In this document: positions 9,380 to 18,444 of the stretch, piece after piece
How positions within the stretch are numbered: the first letter of the stretch is position 1
Layout of the letters: each line of letters begins with the position of its first letter
Source of the DNA: Clostridia bacterium
GTDB lineage: Bacteria; Bacillota; Clostridia; UMGS1883
Direction: 5' to 3'
Assembly (NCBI GenBank): GCA_051866635.1
Contig: JBJDXJ010000052.1
Span: forward strand, 14,744 to 78,743
DNA length: 64,000 nt
The notes under the pieces: generated by a model
The model's input: the letters and a program-made list of their open reading frames with translations, nothing else
Told to the model about the DNA's origin: nothing
Database searches by the model: none
Program-made: the position numbers and the translations under genes

Positions 9380-12300
9380 ATGAACAAATTATTCAAATCA
9401 GTAGTATCTTTGGTAACTGCTGCAACTATGAGCCTTTCTGTCGCGGCTTCAATGGCGGTTACTGCAGGTGCTGCAGAAGACAAGGGTGCAATTATGCCTA
9501 CTTACGAAAGCACAATTGCAGCTGTTGAAAAAGCTAACGATTATTACCAGTCAACGGTAGCTTATAACAAGCAGGAATATGGTATTCCAAACTGTTTCTG
9601 GGCAAAGGCTGCTTACGAAACAGGTAATATGGAAGCATATTACACAACAGGTATCGAAGCATATCGTGACTATGCTACAGCTTGGGCTATGGACTGTAAT
9701 TGGCAGGGTCATGGCTCTACAAATAAGTCTGCTTGGACATGGGGCTACAGCCAGACAATGAGTGGTAATGCAGCACTCTTCGGTGACTTCCAGATTTGTT
9801 TCCAGACTTATATTGATCTTTACAACATTGAAAAGAACGAATCAAAGGGTGCAGTTGTTGACAACTCAAAGATTGCAAGAGCAATCGAAGTAATGAGCGA
9901 AGAAATCTCCAGAAGCAATGACGATTTCTGGTGGTGGGCAGACTCTCTTTACATGGTTATGCCTGTTATGACAAAGCTCTACAAGGTTACCCAGGACGAA
10001 AAATACCTTGACGGTCTTTATAGATTCTGGAAGTATGCTAAGGAACTTATGTATGATGGTCCCGGCGGTATTCCTTCTGATGCGACAGGTTATACAACAT
10101 CAGCTAAGCTTACCAACGGTGCAAAATATTCAGATCCTGACAATTATGCGTACCTCTTCTTCCGTGATGCAGGTTATGTATATCCCTTAAAGCCTAACCC
10201 CGGTCATGAAAATGAAAAGAACTTCTGGGCACGTGGTGACGGTTGGGTATTTGCAGGTTTGGCAAAGGTACTCCAGGATATGCCTGATGATTACGAACAC
10301 TATAACGACTTCCTTCAGACATACCTTGAAATGGCTCCCGCTATCAAGGCTTGTATGAGAGTGGACGAAAATGGTTACGGTTTCTGGACACAGTCAATGC
10401 TCCAGGGTTATCCCACTTCCGCTTCTAACCCCAACGGTTATGAAACAAGTGGTACAGCATTCTTTACATACGGTTTCGCTTGGGGTATTAACTCCGGCGT
10501 ACTCGACAGAGATGAATACCTTGAAACAGCAGTTCGTGCTTGGAACTACCTTGCAAACATTGCTCTTCAGCCTGATGGTATGGTTGGTTATACACAGTAT
10601 ATCGGTTCTAACGCTGTTGAAGCTATGGGCCCCAGAAACAATCAGAACTTCGGTACAGGTGCTTACCTCCTTGCAGGTTGTGAAATGTCCCGTCTTGTTG
10701 GCGGTAGCCAGGGAGATATCTATCCCCAGCTCCAGAGAAAGATGGAAACATACATTGCATTCCGTGTAAACACACCTCACTACTATACAGGTGGTAAGAT
10801 TGGTCATATTGAAGAAACAGACCACAAGGTTGAAGTTTACCTTAAGGTAGATGACAACGGCAACAGAACAAGCATGATTCCTGCTCGTCTTATCGTTGAA
10901 ACATTCGGCGGCAACGTAGCATGGAATGAAGCTGCAAGAACAGTTACAGCTACGATCGGCGACAGAACAGTTGTATTTACTGTAGGCAGCAATGTTATCA
11001 CAGTTAACGGTGAAGCTATGACAGCTCCCACAGCTACTGAAATTGTAGGTGGCAGAACATTCGTTCCTCTCCGTGCACTTGCTGAATCTCTCGGCAAGAA
11101 GGTTTACTGGAGCCAGGGCGATTCTCCCGAAAACGGTCTTATCGTTATCGGTCATAAGGCAACACCTTTCTATTCTTGCGATACAAATCTTGTAGAAATG
11201 CTTAGAAATATGCTCGGCAAGCCCGAAACATATCCTACAAGACCTGCACAGAAGGTTAAGGATTTCGCTCCTAAGATTACTCCTGTTTCCGCAACTGCAA
11301 GAGGTACAAAGATTAACCTTACATCAGTTACATATTCTCAGGAACCTGAAGCTAATAACCCCGGCAGACACGTAATCGATAACACAACAGGTACTTACTG
11401 GGCTTCTAACGGTTCAGCAACAGCTGTTGTAGATCTTGGCTCAAACAAACCTGTAAGCAGTGTTGGTGTATTGTTCCGTGTTTATGATGACGACAGAACA
11501 ATTCCATTCTCTATTTATGTTTCCAACGATAATTCAAAATGGGAACTTGTGGGTGCTTCTGTTTCCGTAGCACGTTCCAATAAGCCTATTTACATGGATG
11601 CTAACAAGAGTGCAAGATATGTAAAGTTCCAGTTCGATGGTAACTCCATTTCAGGTTGGAACAGCGTTGATGCTATAGAAGTTTACGAAGGCGATGCTTC
11701 TTCCGTATCCGAAATAAAGAACGATACAACAACTAATACTGCAAATACAACTACAACTAACAAGGCTACAGGTACAAAGATTAATGTTTCAGCTTCTTCT
11801 GTAACATTCAGTCAGGAACCCGAAGCTAAAAACCCCGGCAAAAACGCATTCGATGGCAATGCAGCTACAGTATGGGCTTCTCAGAACGCTGCTAATGCAG
11901 TTATCGACCTTGGTAAGTCCACTCCTGTAAGCAGTGCAGGTGTTAAGTTCATGGTTTACGGAGACGACAGAACAATTCCTTTCTCTGTTGCAGTATCTGA
12001 TGACAAGGCAACATGGACGACTGTTTACACAGGTTCTTCCGTACCTTACGGTGCTGACTTCATTTATGTAACAGTTGGCAAGAATGCAAGATACGTTAAG
12101 TTTACGTTTGAAGGTAACACAGTATCAGGTTGGTCTTCTGTTGCAGAAATGGAAGTTTACACAGGTGATGTTACAGCGGCTGATACAGAAACAACTACTA
12201 CAACAGCAAATACTGTTGAAGGTAAGGTTGTAAACGCTGCTACAGGTTCAAAGGTTACACTTACAGCTAATATGCTTAAGGCTTCTGCTACTCCTGAAGC

Positions 12301-12643
12301 TGAAAACCATGCAGGCAACCTTATTGATGGCAACAAGCAGACAGTATGGGCTTCTCAGAACCAGTCTAACGTAGTTATTGACTTAGGCAGTAAGAAAACA
12401 CTTTCTTGCGTAGGCGTAGCTATGAAGATGTATGACGACACAAGAACAATTCCTTATGATATTGAAGTTTCTGTTGACGGCACAACATACACAAAGGTAT
12501 GGAGTGGCGACAGTGAACCTCAGACAGATACAACAAAGTATGTATCCTTCTCTGCAGATGCACAATACGTAAGAATTACTGCTTACGGCAACACTGTTTC
12601 CGGTTGGAACAGCGTAGCTGAAGTTGAAGTATACTCTAAGTAA
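9380..12643 (+). CDS. secreted GH88/GH105-family (unsaturated glucuronyl/rhamnogalacturonyl hydrolase-like) enzyme with copper-amine-oxidase-N-like beta-sandwich domain and three C-terminal F5/8 type C (discoidin/CBM32-like) modules
   Basis: Signal peptide MNKLFKSVVSLVTAATMSLSVAASMAVTAGA. (alpha/alpha)6 hydrolase motifs DFWWWADSLYMVMP and FWARGDGW. Domain VAWNEAARTVTATIGDRTVVFTVG...FVPLRALAESLG. Three ~135-aa repeats of the form ...QEPEA.NPG...WAS...VIDLG...RYVKF...SGW.SV.E.EVY. Confidence 0.75.
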   Translation: MNKLFKSVVSLVTAATMSLSVAASMAVTAGAAEDKGAIMPTYESTIAAVEKANDYYQSTVAYNKQEYGIPNCFWAKAAYETGNMEAYYTTGIEAYRDYATAWAMDCNWQGHGSTNKSAWTWGYSQTMSGNAALFGDFQICFQTYIDLYNIEKNESKGAVVDNSKIARAIEVMSEEISRSNDDFWWWADSLYMVMPVMTKLYKVTQDEKYLDGLYRFWKYAKELMYDGPGGIPSDATGYTTSAKLTNGAKYSDPDNYAYLFFRDAGYVYPLKPNPGHENEKNFWARGDGWVFAGLAKVLQDMPDDYEHYNDFLQTYLEMAPAIKACMRVDENGYGFWTQSMLQGYPTSASNPNGYETSGTAFFTYGFAWGINSGVLDRDEYLETAVRAWNYLANIALQPDGMVGYTQYIGSNAVEAMGPRNNQNFGTGAYLLAGCEMSRLVGGSQGDIYPQLQRKMETYIAFRVNTPHYYTGGKIGHIEETDHKVEVYLKVDDNGNRTSMIPARLIVETFGGNVAWNEAARTVTATIGDRTVVFTVGSNVITVNGEAMTAPTATEIVGGRTFVPLRALAESLGKKVYWSQGDSPENGLIVIGHKATPFYSCDTNLVEMLRNMLGKPETYPTRPAQKVKDFAPKITPVSATARGTKINLTSVTYSQEPEANNPGRHVIDNTTGTYWASNGSATAVVDLGSNKPVSSVGVLFRVYDDDRTIPFSIYVSNDNSKWELVGASVSVARSNKPIYMDANKSARYVKFQFDGNSISGWNSVDAIEVYEGDASSVSEIKNDTTTNTANTTTTNKATGTKINVSASSVTFSQEPEAKNPGKNAFDGNAATVWASQNAANAVIDLGKSTPVSSAGVKFMVYGDDRTIPFSVAVSDDKATWTTVYTGSSVPYGADFIYVTVGKNARYVKFTFEGNTVSGWSSVAEMEVYTGDVTAADTETTTTTANTVEGKVVNAATGSKVTLTANMLKASATPEAENHAGNLIDGNKQTVWASQNQSNVVIDLGSKKTLSCVGVAMKMYDDTRTIPYDIEVSVDGTTYTKVWSGDSEPQTDTTKYVSFSADAQYVRITAYGNTVSGWNSVAEVEVYSK
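11291..12640 (+). repeat. three tandem ~405-nt intragenic repeats (11291-11693, 11764-12166, 12239-12640) encoding discoidin-like modules separated by Thr-rich linkers
   Basis: Nucleotide- and protein-level periodicity inside the 9380-12643 CDS. Linkers are NDTTTNTANTTTTN and TAADTETTTTTANT. Confidence 0.8.
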
Positions 12644-12651
12644 GTTAAAAT

Positions 12652-12686
12652 TTGAGAGAGAGCCGTTTTAAACGGCTCTCTTTTGC
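12652..12686 (+). terminator. rho-independent terminator
   Basis: gagagagagccgtttt-aaacggctctctt hairpin followed by a T-run. Confidence 0.7.
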
Positions 12687-12759
12687 GTTGTCCGAAAATT
12701 TTGTTTATGCACGGTTCACGGTTAAATCATACGATTTCTTCCAAGCTTTATTATATCTC

Positions 12760-12787
12760 TTGAATTTTAAATAAAATGTGGTAAAAT
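12760..12787 (+). promoter_or_regulatory. promoter TTGAAT-N16-TGgTAAAAT (extended -10)
   Basis: Hexamers ~35 nt upstream of the 12820 start. Confidence 0.45.
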
Positions 12788-12819
12788 GGTAGCTGAAATT
12801 ATTTTTAGGAGTTATTTTT

Positions 12820-13767
12820 ATGCAGAGATATTTGTTTGTTCATTTTAAAGAAAAAACAACCCCCGACGGAGAGCAGGTTTACTTTGCCTTGTCAGAAGAC
12901 GGGTTTAAATGGGAAGAGGTTAACGGCGGAGAGCCTTTATTATGGGCATATTACGGAGATAAAGGCGTAAGGGACTTTACAATAACAAGATGCAACGGTA
13001 AATATTTTATTATAGCAACAGACCTTAGCCTGTCCTACGGAATGAGAAATCAGTACAACCATTCATGGAAAGAAATCAGTGAACATGGCAGTAAGTGCTT
13101 TTCTGCATGGGAAAGTGAAGATTTGGTTAACTGGAGCGAGCAAAAACTTGTGAAAATCGGCGATGAGCATTTCGGCTGTATGTGGGCACCTGACGTTATT
13201 TTCGACAGAAAAAAGGGTGACTATATCCTTCACTGGTCCTCCAGCCACGACTGTAACGGCTTTGGTGATAAGGGGATTTATTATTCCAGAACAAAGGATT
13301 TTGAAAACTTTACATACCCTGAGGTTTTGCACAGAAGTGAAGGTAGGGATATTATAGATTCTGCAATGTATGAGGAGAACGGGGTTTACTACATGTTTGT
13401 AAAGGACGGACACCCCACCACCATTGTTATGCTGAAATCTGATTCTCCTACAGGACCTTGGGAAAGGGTAGAGGCATTTGACGAAAGCATGAAAAAAATT
13501 GAGGTAGGCTTGTATGAAGCACCAACCGCGGTGAAGCTTGATTGTGGCAGATGGTGTCTCTTTTTGGATTATTACGGAAAGCCCGGAAAAGAACAGGGTT
13601 ACATACCCTTTGTGTCTGAGGATATTTCTTCCGGTGTTTTTGTAAGGGCAGATGAGGAGTTTAGTTTCCCTTACGGATTTAAGCACGGCACAATCATTGC
13701 AATAACTGATGAAGAATATGACAGAATTAAAAAACATGATTGGGAAAATGTCCCTGACAGAAGATAA
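12820..13767 (+). CDS. cytoplasmic glycoside hydrolase, 5-bladed beta-propeller superfamily (GH43-like; GH32/43/117/130 clan)
   Basis: No signal peptide. Motifs RDFTITR..GKYFIIATD, W.SEDLV.W, HFGCMWAPDVIF and GVYYMFVKDG resemble GH43-clan propeller blades. Exact family not resolved. Confidence 0.5.
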   Translation: MQRYLFVHFKEKTTPDGEQVYFALSEDGFKWEEVNGGEPLLWAYYGDKGVRDFTITRCNGKYFIIATDLSLSYGMRNQYNHSWKEISEHGSKCFSAWESEDLVNWSEQKLVKIGDEHFGCMWAPDVIFDRKKGDYILHWSSSHDCNGFGDKGIYYSRTKDFENFTYPEVLHRSEGRDIIDSAMYEENGVYYMFVKDGHPTTIVMLKSDSPTGPWERVEAFDESMKKIEVGLYEAPTAVKLDCGRWCLFLDYYGKPGKEQGYIPFVSEDISSGVFVRADEEFSFPYGFKHGTIIAITDEEYDRIKKHDWENVPDRR

Positions 13768-13785
13768 ACCATAAGGAGCAGATAA

Positions 13786-14499
13786 ATGAGACGAAAAGAA
13801 ATATCAGATGGAATTAAAGACGGTGTGCCTATAGCATTAGGGTACTTTTCTGTATCGGTAGCATTCGGGGTGTCAGCAGTACATTCAGGTGTGCCTGCAT
13901 GGGGTGCAACGCTTATATCCCTTACAAATCTGACAAGTGCCGGACAGAAAGCAGGCGTGGATGTTATGGCAATAGGCGGCAGTTTTCTGCTTTTGGTTCT
14001 TACCACATTAATTATAAATCTCAGGTATTTTCTGATGGGTATATCCGTGTCGCAGAAAGTTGAGAAAGACATGAGCTTAAAGAAAAGACTATTGGTGTCT
14101 TTTGGTATAACCGATGAAATATATGCTGTCAGCATGGCGAGAAAAACAAGTTTGTCATTCCCTTATATGGTTGGGTTGATTGTGCCGCCGATTATTGGGT
14201 GGACAAGCGGTACACTGGTAGGCTCTGTTGCAACAAATTTTATGCCTACAGTTTTAGCAGATGCCATGGGGATTGCATTGTACGGAATGTTTATAGCAGT
14301 TATCGTGCCTCCAAGTAAGGAAAATAGGAATGTTCTTGTTACCGTTGTCATGGCAATTTTGTTGAGTGTAATATTCACCTATGTACCTCTTTTGGAAAAG
14401 ATATCTTCAGGTTGGGCGGTAATTATTATAACTGTATTGGTAAGCAGTATTGCGGCAACATTATTCCCCGTGGAGGAGAGTGAAACAAATGAGCAGTAA
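13786..14499 (+). CDS. azlC: branched-chain amino acid permease AzlC family
   Basis: N-terminus GIKDGVPIALGYFSVSVAFGV is typical of AzlC. Multi-TM protein followed by an AzlD-like small membrane protein. Confidence 0.8.
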   Translation: MRRKEISDGIKDGVPIALGYFSVSVAFGVSAVHSGVPAWGATLISLTNLTSAGQKAGVDVMAIGGSFLLLVLTTLIINLRYFLMGISVSQKVEKDMSLKKRLLVSFGITDEIYAVSMARKTSLSFPYMVGLIVPPIIGWTSGTLVGSVATNFMPTVLADAMGIALYGMFIAVIVPPSKENRNVLVTVVMAILLSVIFTYVPLLEKISSGWAVIIITVLVSSIAATLFPVEESETNEQ

Positions 14500-14800
14500 G
14501 TATATTTTTATGGCTATTTTCGCAATGGCAATCACCACATATCTGATAAGAATGTTGCCTATGGCAATTTTCAGAAAGAAAATTGAAAACAAGTGGATAA
14601 AGTCATTTTTGTATTATGTACCTTATGCGGTTTTATCTGCCATGACTTTTCCTGCCGTGTTTACCAGTACAGGCAGTGTACTTGGTGCAAGTTTAGGCTG
14701 TGTTACAGCCATAGTTCTGGCATATTTCAATAAGGGCCTTTTAACTGTTGCAATCGGTGCGGCAGTTATGGCTTTCCTGGTTCAGATAATAGGGGGTTAA
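14489..14800 (+). CDS. azlD: branched-chain amino acid transport protein AzlD
   Basis: ~100-aa hydrophobic protein overlapping the azlC end. RBS ggaggagag lies upstream of ATG 14489. Confidence 0.7.
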   Translation: MSSKYIFMAIFAMAITTYLIRMLPMAIFRKKIENKWIKSFLYYVPYAVLSAMTFPAVFTSTGSVLGASLGCVTAIVLAYFNKGLLTVAIGAAVMAFLVQIIGG

Positions 14801-14801
14801 G

Positions 14802-15530
14802 ATGAAAATTTTAATTATACGTCATGCGGACCCTGACTATTCAATCGATTCACTTACGAAAAAGGGGTGGTTTGAGGCTGAATGTCTGTCCGAAAAGCTT
14901 GTAAACATGAAAATTGATGCCTTTTATACTTCAACATTAGGCAGGGCAAAGGATACGGCATCATGTACATTGAAAAAACTTGGCAGAGAACCTGACGGAG
15001 TTTTTGAATGGCTTAAGGAATTTCCACCTACAATAATCCGTCCCGATTGCGGCAAAAGTATTGCGTGGGACTGGCTCCCTTCAGATTGGACAAAGGTAGA
15101 TGAATTTTATAACAAAGACCAATGGGGCAAAGTTCCCGTTATGGCAGAGGGCAAAGTTTTAGAAGAATACAACCGTGTGGTGGAGGAATTTGATAAAATC
15201 ATTTCAAAGCACGGTTATATTCGTGAGGGTAACTACTACAGAGCTGAAAAGCCGAATGATGACACTTTGGCATTTTTTTGTCACTTTGGGTCGGGATGCG
15301 TACTCATAAGCCACCTTTTAGGTATTTCGCCCATGGTTTTGTGGCACGGACTTTGTGCCGCACCTTCTTCCGTTACAACTTTAACAACAGAGGAAAGGCG
15401 TAGAGGAATTGCATCTTTCAGAATGAACAGCTACGGCGATATTTCCCATTTATATGCAAAAGGGGAAGAACCTGCCTTTGCGGCAAGATTTTGCGAAATG
15501 TTCGATAATACAGATGAAAGACATGACTAA
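14802..15530 (+). CDS. histidine phosphatase family protein (phosphoglycerate mutase-like)
   Basis: N-terminal IIRHADP (RHG-type motif) ... TSTLGRAKDTA. Confidence 0.65.
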   Translation: MKILIIRHADPDYSIDSLTKKGWFEAECLSEKLVNMKIDAFYTSTLGRAKDTASCTLKKLGREPDGVFEWLKEFPPTIIRPDCGKSIAWDWLPSDWTKVDEFYNKDQWGKVPVMAEGKVLEEYNRVVEEFDKIISKHGYIREGNYYRAEKPNDDTLAFFCHFGSGCVLISHLLGISPMVLWHGLCAAPSSVTTLTTEERRRGIASFRMNSYGDISHLYAKGEEPAFAARFCEMFDNTDERHD

Positions 15531-15567
15531 AAAATGGTATAAATAAGATAAGCAGTTTTAAAATTAA

Positions 15568-15604
15568 AAGCCGTCTGTAGTCAACCTACAGACGGCTAAA
15601 TTTA
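15568..15604. terminator. bidirectional terminator hairpin
   Basis: agccgtctgtag-tcaac-ctacagacggct flanked by A/T runs, between convergent genes. Confidence 0.7.
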
Positions 15605-15664
15605 TGCCTTCTATCAATCTTTTCTATTTCCGATAATTCTGTCGGAAAAAAACAGGCGCATTAA

Positions 15665-15883
15665 TCAAATCGGAAATATTTGCCTCCGGTGCATCTGTAA
15701 TATTATAAAAGCAAAAGGGCAAGCAATATCGGGTGCTTCAATTGCACTGATGTGGGAGCGACTGACATGTGCCGGTGCGGCAAGTTTCTCTTGCGATAAA
15801 CCTCTCATTTTTCTAATGGTTGATATTGCAATACCCAATTGTATAAATCTATCACGGTTTTTAAAACTGACTACACCACTCAT
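15665..15883 (-). CDS. XRE-family helix-turn-helix protein (small)
   Basis: IRKMRGLSQEKLAAPAHVSRSHISAIE matches the HTH_XRE pattern. C-terminus is atypical. Confidence 0.5.
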   Translation of the reverse strand: MSGVVSFKNRDRFIQLGIAISTIRKMRGLSQEKLAAPAHVSRSHISAIEAPDIACPFAFIILQMHRRQIFPI

Positions 15884-15922
15884 TCCTGTTCACCTTCCTT
15901 TTACATGATATTATACTTTGTT

Positions 15923-16171
15923 TTAAATATTTATATCAAGTCCTTTAAAAAAGTCGTCGTAAGAACAATTGTAGATTTTCTTTAATTCAATAATAACACT
16001 TGCTCTGATATTAAGCTCGCCGGCTTCGTATTTTGCATAAGTGCTTCTTCCGATATCACAACCTCGTCGCTGAAGTTCGGCACAGAGTTTTTCTTGCGAT
16101 ATATCGTTGTCAAGTCTTAGTTTTCTTAAATTGTCACCCATATTACGATCACGTCGGATTTTCTGTTCCAT
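15923..16171 (-). CDS. XRE-family helix-turn-helix transcriptional regulator
   Basis: LRKLRLDNDISQEKLCAEL...STYAKYEAGE is a canonical XRE HTH. Confidence 0.7.
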   Translation of the reverse strand: MEQKIRRDRNMGDNLRKLRLDNDISQEKLCAELQRRGCDIGRSTYAKYEAGELNIRASVIIELKKIYNCSYDDFFKGLDINI

Positions 16172-16201
16172 ACATTACACCCCACATTTGCACAGTCTTT
16201 T

Positions 16202-16867
16202 TTAGTCAATCAAGCCATGGTCAAGCATGGAATAAGATTTTCCGTTGGCAACTATAATATGGTCAAGCAAGCCCACTTCTATTGTTGTAAGCATACCATA
16301 TATTCGTTTTGTTAAGGCTATGTCAGCCTGGGAAGGTGACAGCGTACCACCGGGATGATTATGTACTAAAATAACCTTTGATGCATTGTTTCGGAGAACA
16401 CATTCAGCAATCTTTCTTACGCTGACATTTGTTTTATCAACTGTGCCTTCTTCCACAATTTCAAAATTAATAAGTTTACGCTGAGCGTCAAGGCAGATTA
16501 TTCCAAAAATTTCAGTAGTGCGATTTCCGACTTTCTTAATTGCATATTCCCCTGCAACAGTTGTGTCGGGGATATATGGTATCCCTGTGGCGTGGCTTTG
16601 GGTATAATAATTCAAAAAGGACGGGAACATTTTTAAAAGAGCAACAGTGTTTTCTGTTAAGCCGAACTTAACAAGGTCTTCACGGTTGGCATCAAGTACA
16701 CCATGAAAACTGCCGAAGCGTTGTATAAGACTGTGTGCAAGAGCGTTGGTATCCTTTCTGGGAATAGTGAAATACAAAATCATTTCCAAGGCTTCATGAG
16801 GTTCAAAGCTGTCAATGCCTTCGTTGTAAAACCTTTCACGCATTCTTTGTCTGTGTCCTTCTGCCAT
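16202..16867 (-). CDS. radC: RadC-family JAB/MPN-domain protein (UPF0758) with N-terminal HhH domain
   Basis: JAMM motif HNHPGG...S..D. N-terminal MAEGHRQRMRERF...EALE is typical of RadC/YsxA. Confidence 0.85.
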   Translation of the reverse strand: MAEGHRQRMRERFYNEGIDSFEPHEALEMILYFTIPRKDTNALAHSLIQRFGSFHGVLDANREDLVKFGLTENTVALLKMFPSFLNYYTQSHATGIPYIPDTTVAGEYAIKKVGNRTTEIFGIICLDAQRKLINFEIVEEGTVDKTNVSVRKIAECVLRNNASKVILVHNHPGGTLSPSQADIALTKRIYGMLTTIEVGLLDHIIVANGKSYSMLDHGLID

Positions 16868-17029
16868 CTATATCTCTCCTCTGTTATACTGTATCTATTA
16901 TACAAAAAAATATAAATTACGTCAATGTTTTTGAAATTTATTGACTTTTAAGATGATAAATAATATGATTATTCCTGTATTATGCAACTTTTCTTAAATT
17001 TGGGAAGTATTATATATAGGTGATAAAAA

Positions 17030-17854
17030 ATGGTTAAACTTAAGAAAAAATATATTTTAGCTATATTTATAGCTGTTATAGCAATTGTAAGCGGAATTAT
17101 GATTTATGTTGGCAACAGTGCGGTGGGAATTACCCAATATGAAATATCAGATAAAAAAATACCCGAAAGTTTTTCAAACTTTCGTATTGCTCAGATTTCA
17201 GATTTGCACAACACTGACAATAACGAAAAAATAATAGGAAAGCTTAAAAGCGTGAAGCCTGACATAATAGTGATAACAGGTGACATGATTGATGCCAGAA
17301 ACACAAAGGTTTCTGTTGCTTTGGATTTTACTGAACGTGCTGTAAAAATCGCACCTGTATATTATGTGACAGGTAATCACGAAGCCAGAAGAATAACACA
17401 ATACAATTTTTTAAAGGAAGGTCTAATTGATTTGGGCGTTAGCGTTATGGAAAACACTGTAACGGAAATTGAAAAAAACGGTGAAAAAATTACACTGATA
17501 GGTTTACATGATACAGGTTTTGATTTTAATACAGGTATTGACTACTCCTTAAAGTCAGTGTTGCCTGATAATGAAAGCTACAAAATACTTCTTGCCCACA
17601 GACCTGAATACTTTGAAAAATACAAAGGTGTGGACCTTGTTTTTTCAGGTCATGCCCACGGAGGACAGGTAAGGCTACCATTTATAGGCGGGCTTTTTGC
17701 ACCGGGACAAGGAATTTTTCCAAAGTATGACGGTGGCGTTTACCAAGACGGTGACTTGACAATGGTTGTAAGTAGAGGCTTAGGAAACAGCCTTTTTCCA
17801 TTCAGGGTGAACAATAACCCTGAAATAGTTGTTGTAACATTAAAAAGGGGATGA
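17030..17854 (+). CDS. membrane-anchored metallophosphoesterase (calcineurin-like, YkuE-type)
   Basis: N-terminal TM helix followed by SDLH..., GDMID, GNHE and GHAHGGQ metallophosphatase motifs. Confidence 0.8.
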   Translation: MVKLKKKYILAIFIAVIAIVSGIMIYVGNSAVGITQYEISDKKIPESFSNFRIAQISDLHNTDNNEKIIGKLKSVKPDIIVITGDMIDARNTKVSVALDFTERAVKIAPVYYVTGNHEARRITQYNFLKEGLIDLGVSVMENTVTEIEKNGEKITLIGLHDTGFDFNTGIDYSLKSVLPDNESYKILLAHRPEYFEKYKGVDLVFSGHAHGGQVRLPFIGGLFAPGQGIFPKYDGGVYQDGDLTMVVSRGLGNSLFPFRVNNNPEIVVVTLKRG

Positions 17855-17859
17855 AGTAA

Positions 17860-18444
17860 ATGAGAAAATTATTATTGATTTTTATGTGCCTTGTGCTTTC
17901 AGGCTGTGGTAAAAATGTAGCCATTATAGGAGGAAGTGACGGACCCACAAGTATTTATATTTCCGATAATGAAAATACAGATATAACTCCTGTAAAAATG
18001 ATAAAGGTTGACGGAAGTCTGTATTATGAAAGCGGCAAGGTCAGCAATTTAACCGCCCGTTGCGGTACAATGGACGGAAATCTTACAAAAACCGTAGGCG
18101 AATTTGAAATACCGAAAAATGACAATGAATGTAATTTTGAAGGCTCCACAGGTTATCAAAATGTAACAGACACCACAAAAGAATTACCAATAGATGATAC
18201 TTGGGTAGTTTTCAAAAAAATTGTTGATGATGAAATGGATTTTAGTCAATATACCTATTGTGTAAAAGTTAAGGGCAGACACCCAAATGCCGCTTGTGAT
18301 AGCGAATATATTGTGCTTTCAAAGGATTTGGATATAACATTTCAAAAGATTGAAAAGCATTTGTTTTCATCCTTGTTAAGTGACAGTTTAGATGTTTATC
18401 TTATACCTGTACTTGATGAAGAAGACAGTTCTGTTATTGAATAA
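17860..18444 (+). CDS. hypothetical lipoprotein
   Basis: Signal peptide with lipobox LVLSGC. No recognisable domain. Confidence 0.5.
   Translation: MRKLLLIFMCLVLSGCGKNVAIIGGSDGPTSIYISDNENTDITPVKMIKVDGSLYYESGKVSNLTARCGTMDGNLTKTVGEFEIPKNDNECNFEGSTGYQNVTDTTKELPIDDTWVVFKKIVDDEMDFSQYTYCVKVKGRHPNAACDSEYIVLSKDLDITFQKIEKHLFSSLLSDSLDVYLIPVLDEEDSSVIE

Noticed and set aside
9325-9528. 67-aa Cys-rich ORF overlapping the start of the large GH gene
   Set aside because: It is the out-of-frame overlap of the signal-peptide region of the real gene. Its Cys richness derives from GC/TG-rich Ala/Ser/Val codons read in another frame.
13063-13737. 224-aa ORF antisense to the GH43-like gene, plus similar long antisense ORFs (10394-11155, 26970-27626, 8162-8653, 38722-39309)
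   Set aside because: They are entirely embedded antisense to well-supported genes, with no RBS and low-complexity translations. They are typical shadow ORFs.
15665-16867. Possible integrative/mobile element (RadC + two XRE regulators)
   Set aside because: No integrase, relaxase, transposase, direct repeats or tRNA junction in the vicinity. RadC has the chromosomal YsxA-type architecture. The region is treated as core.
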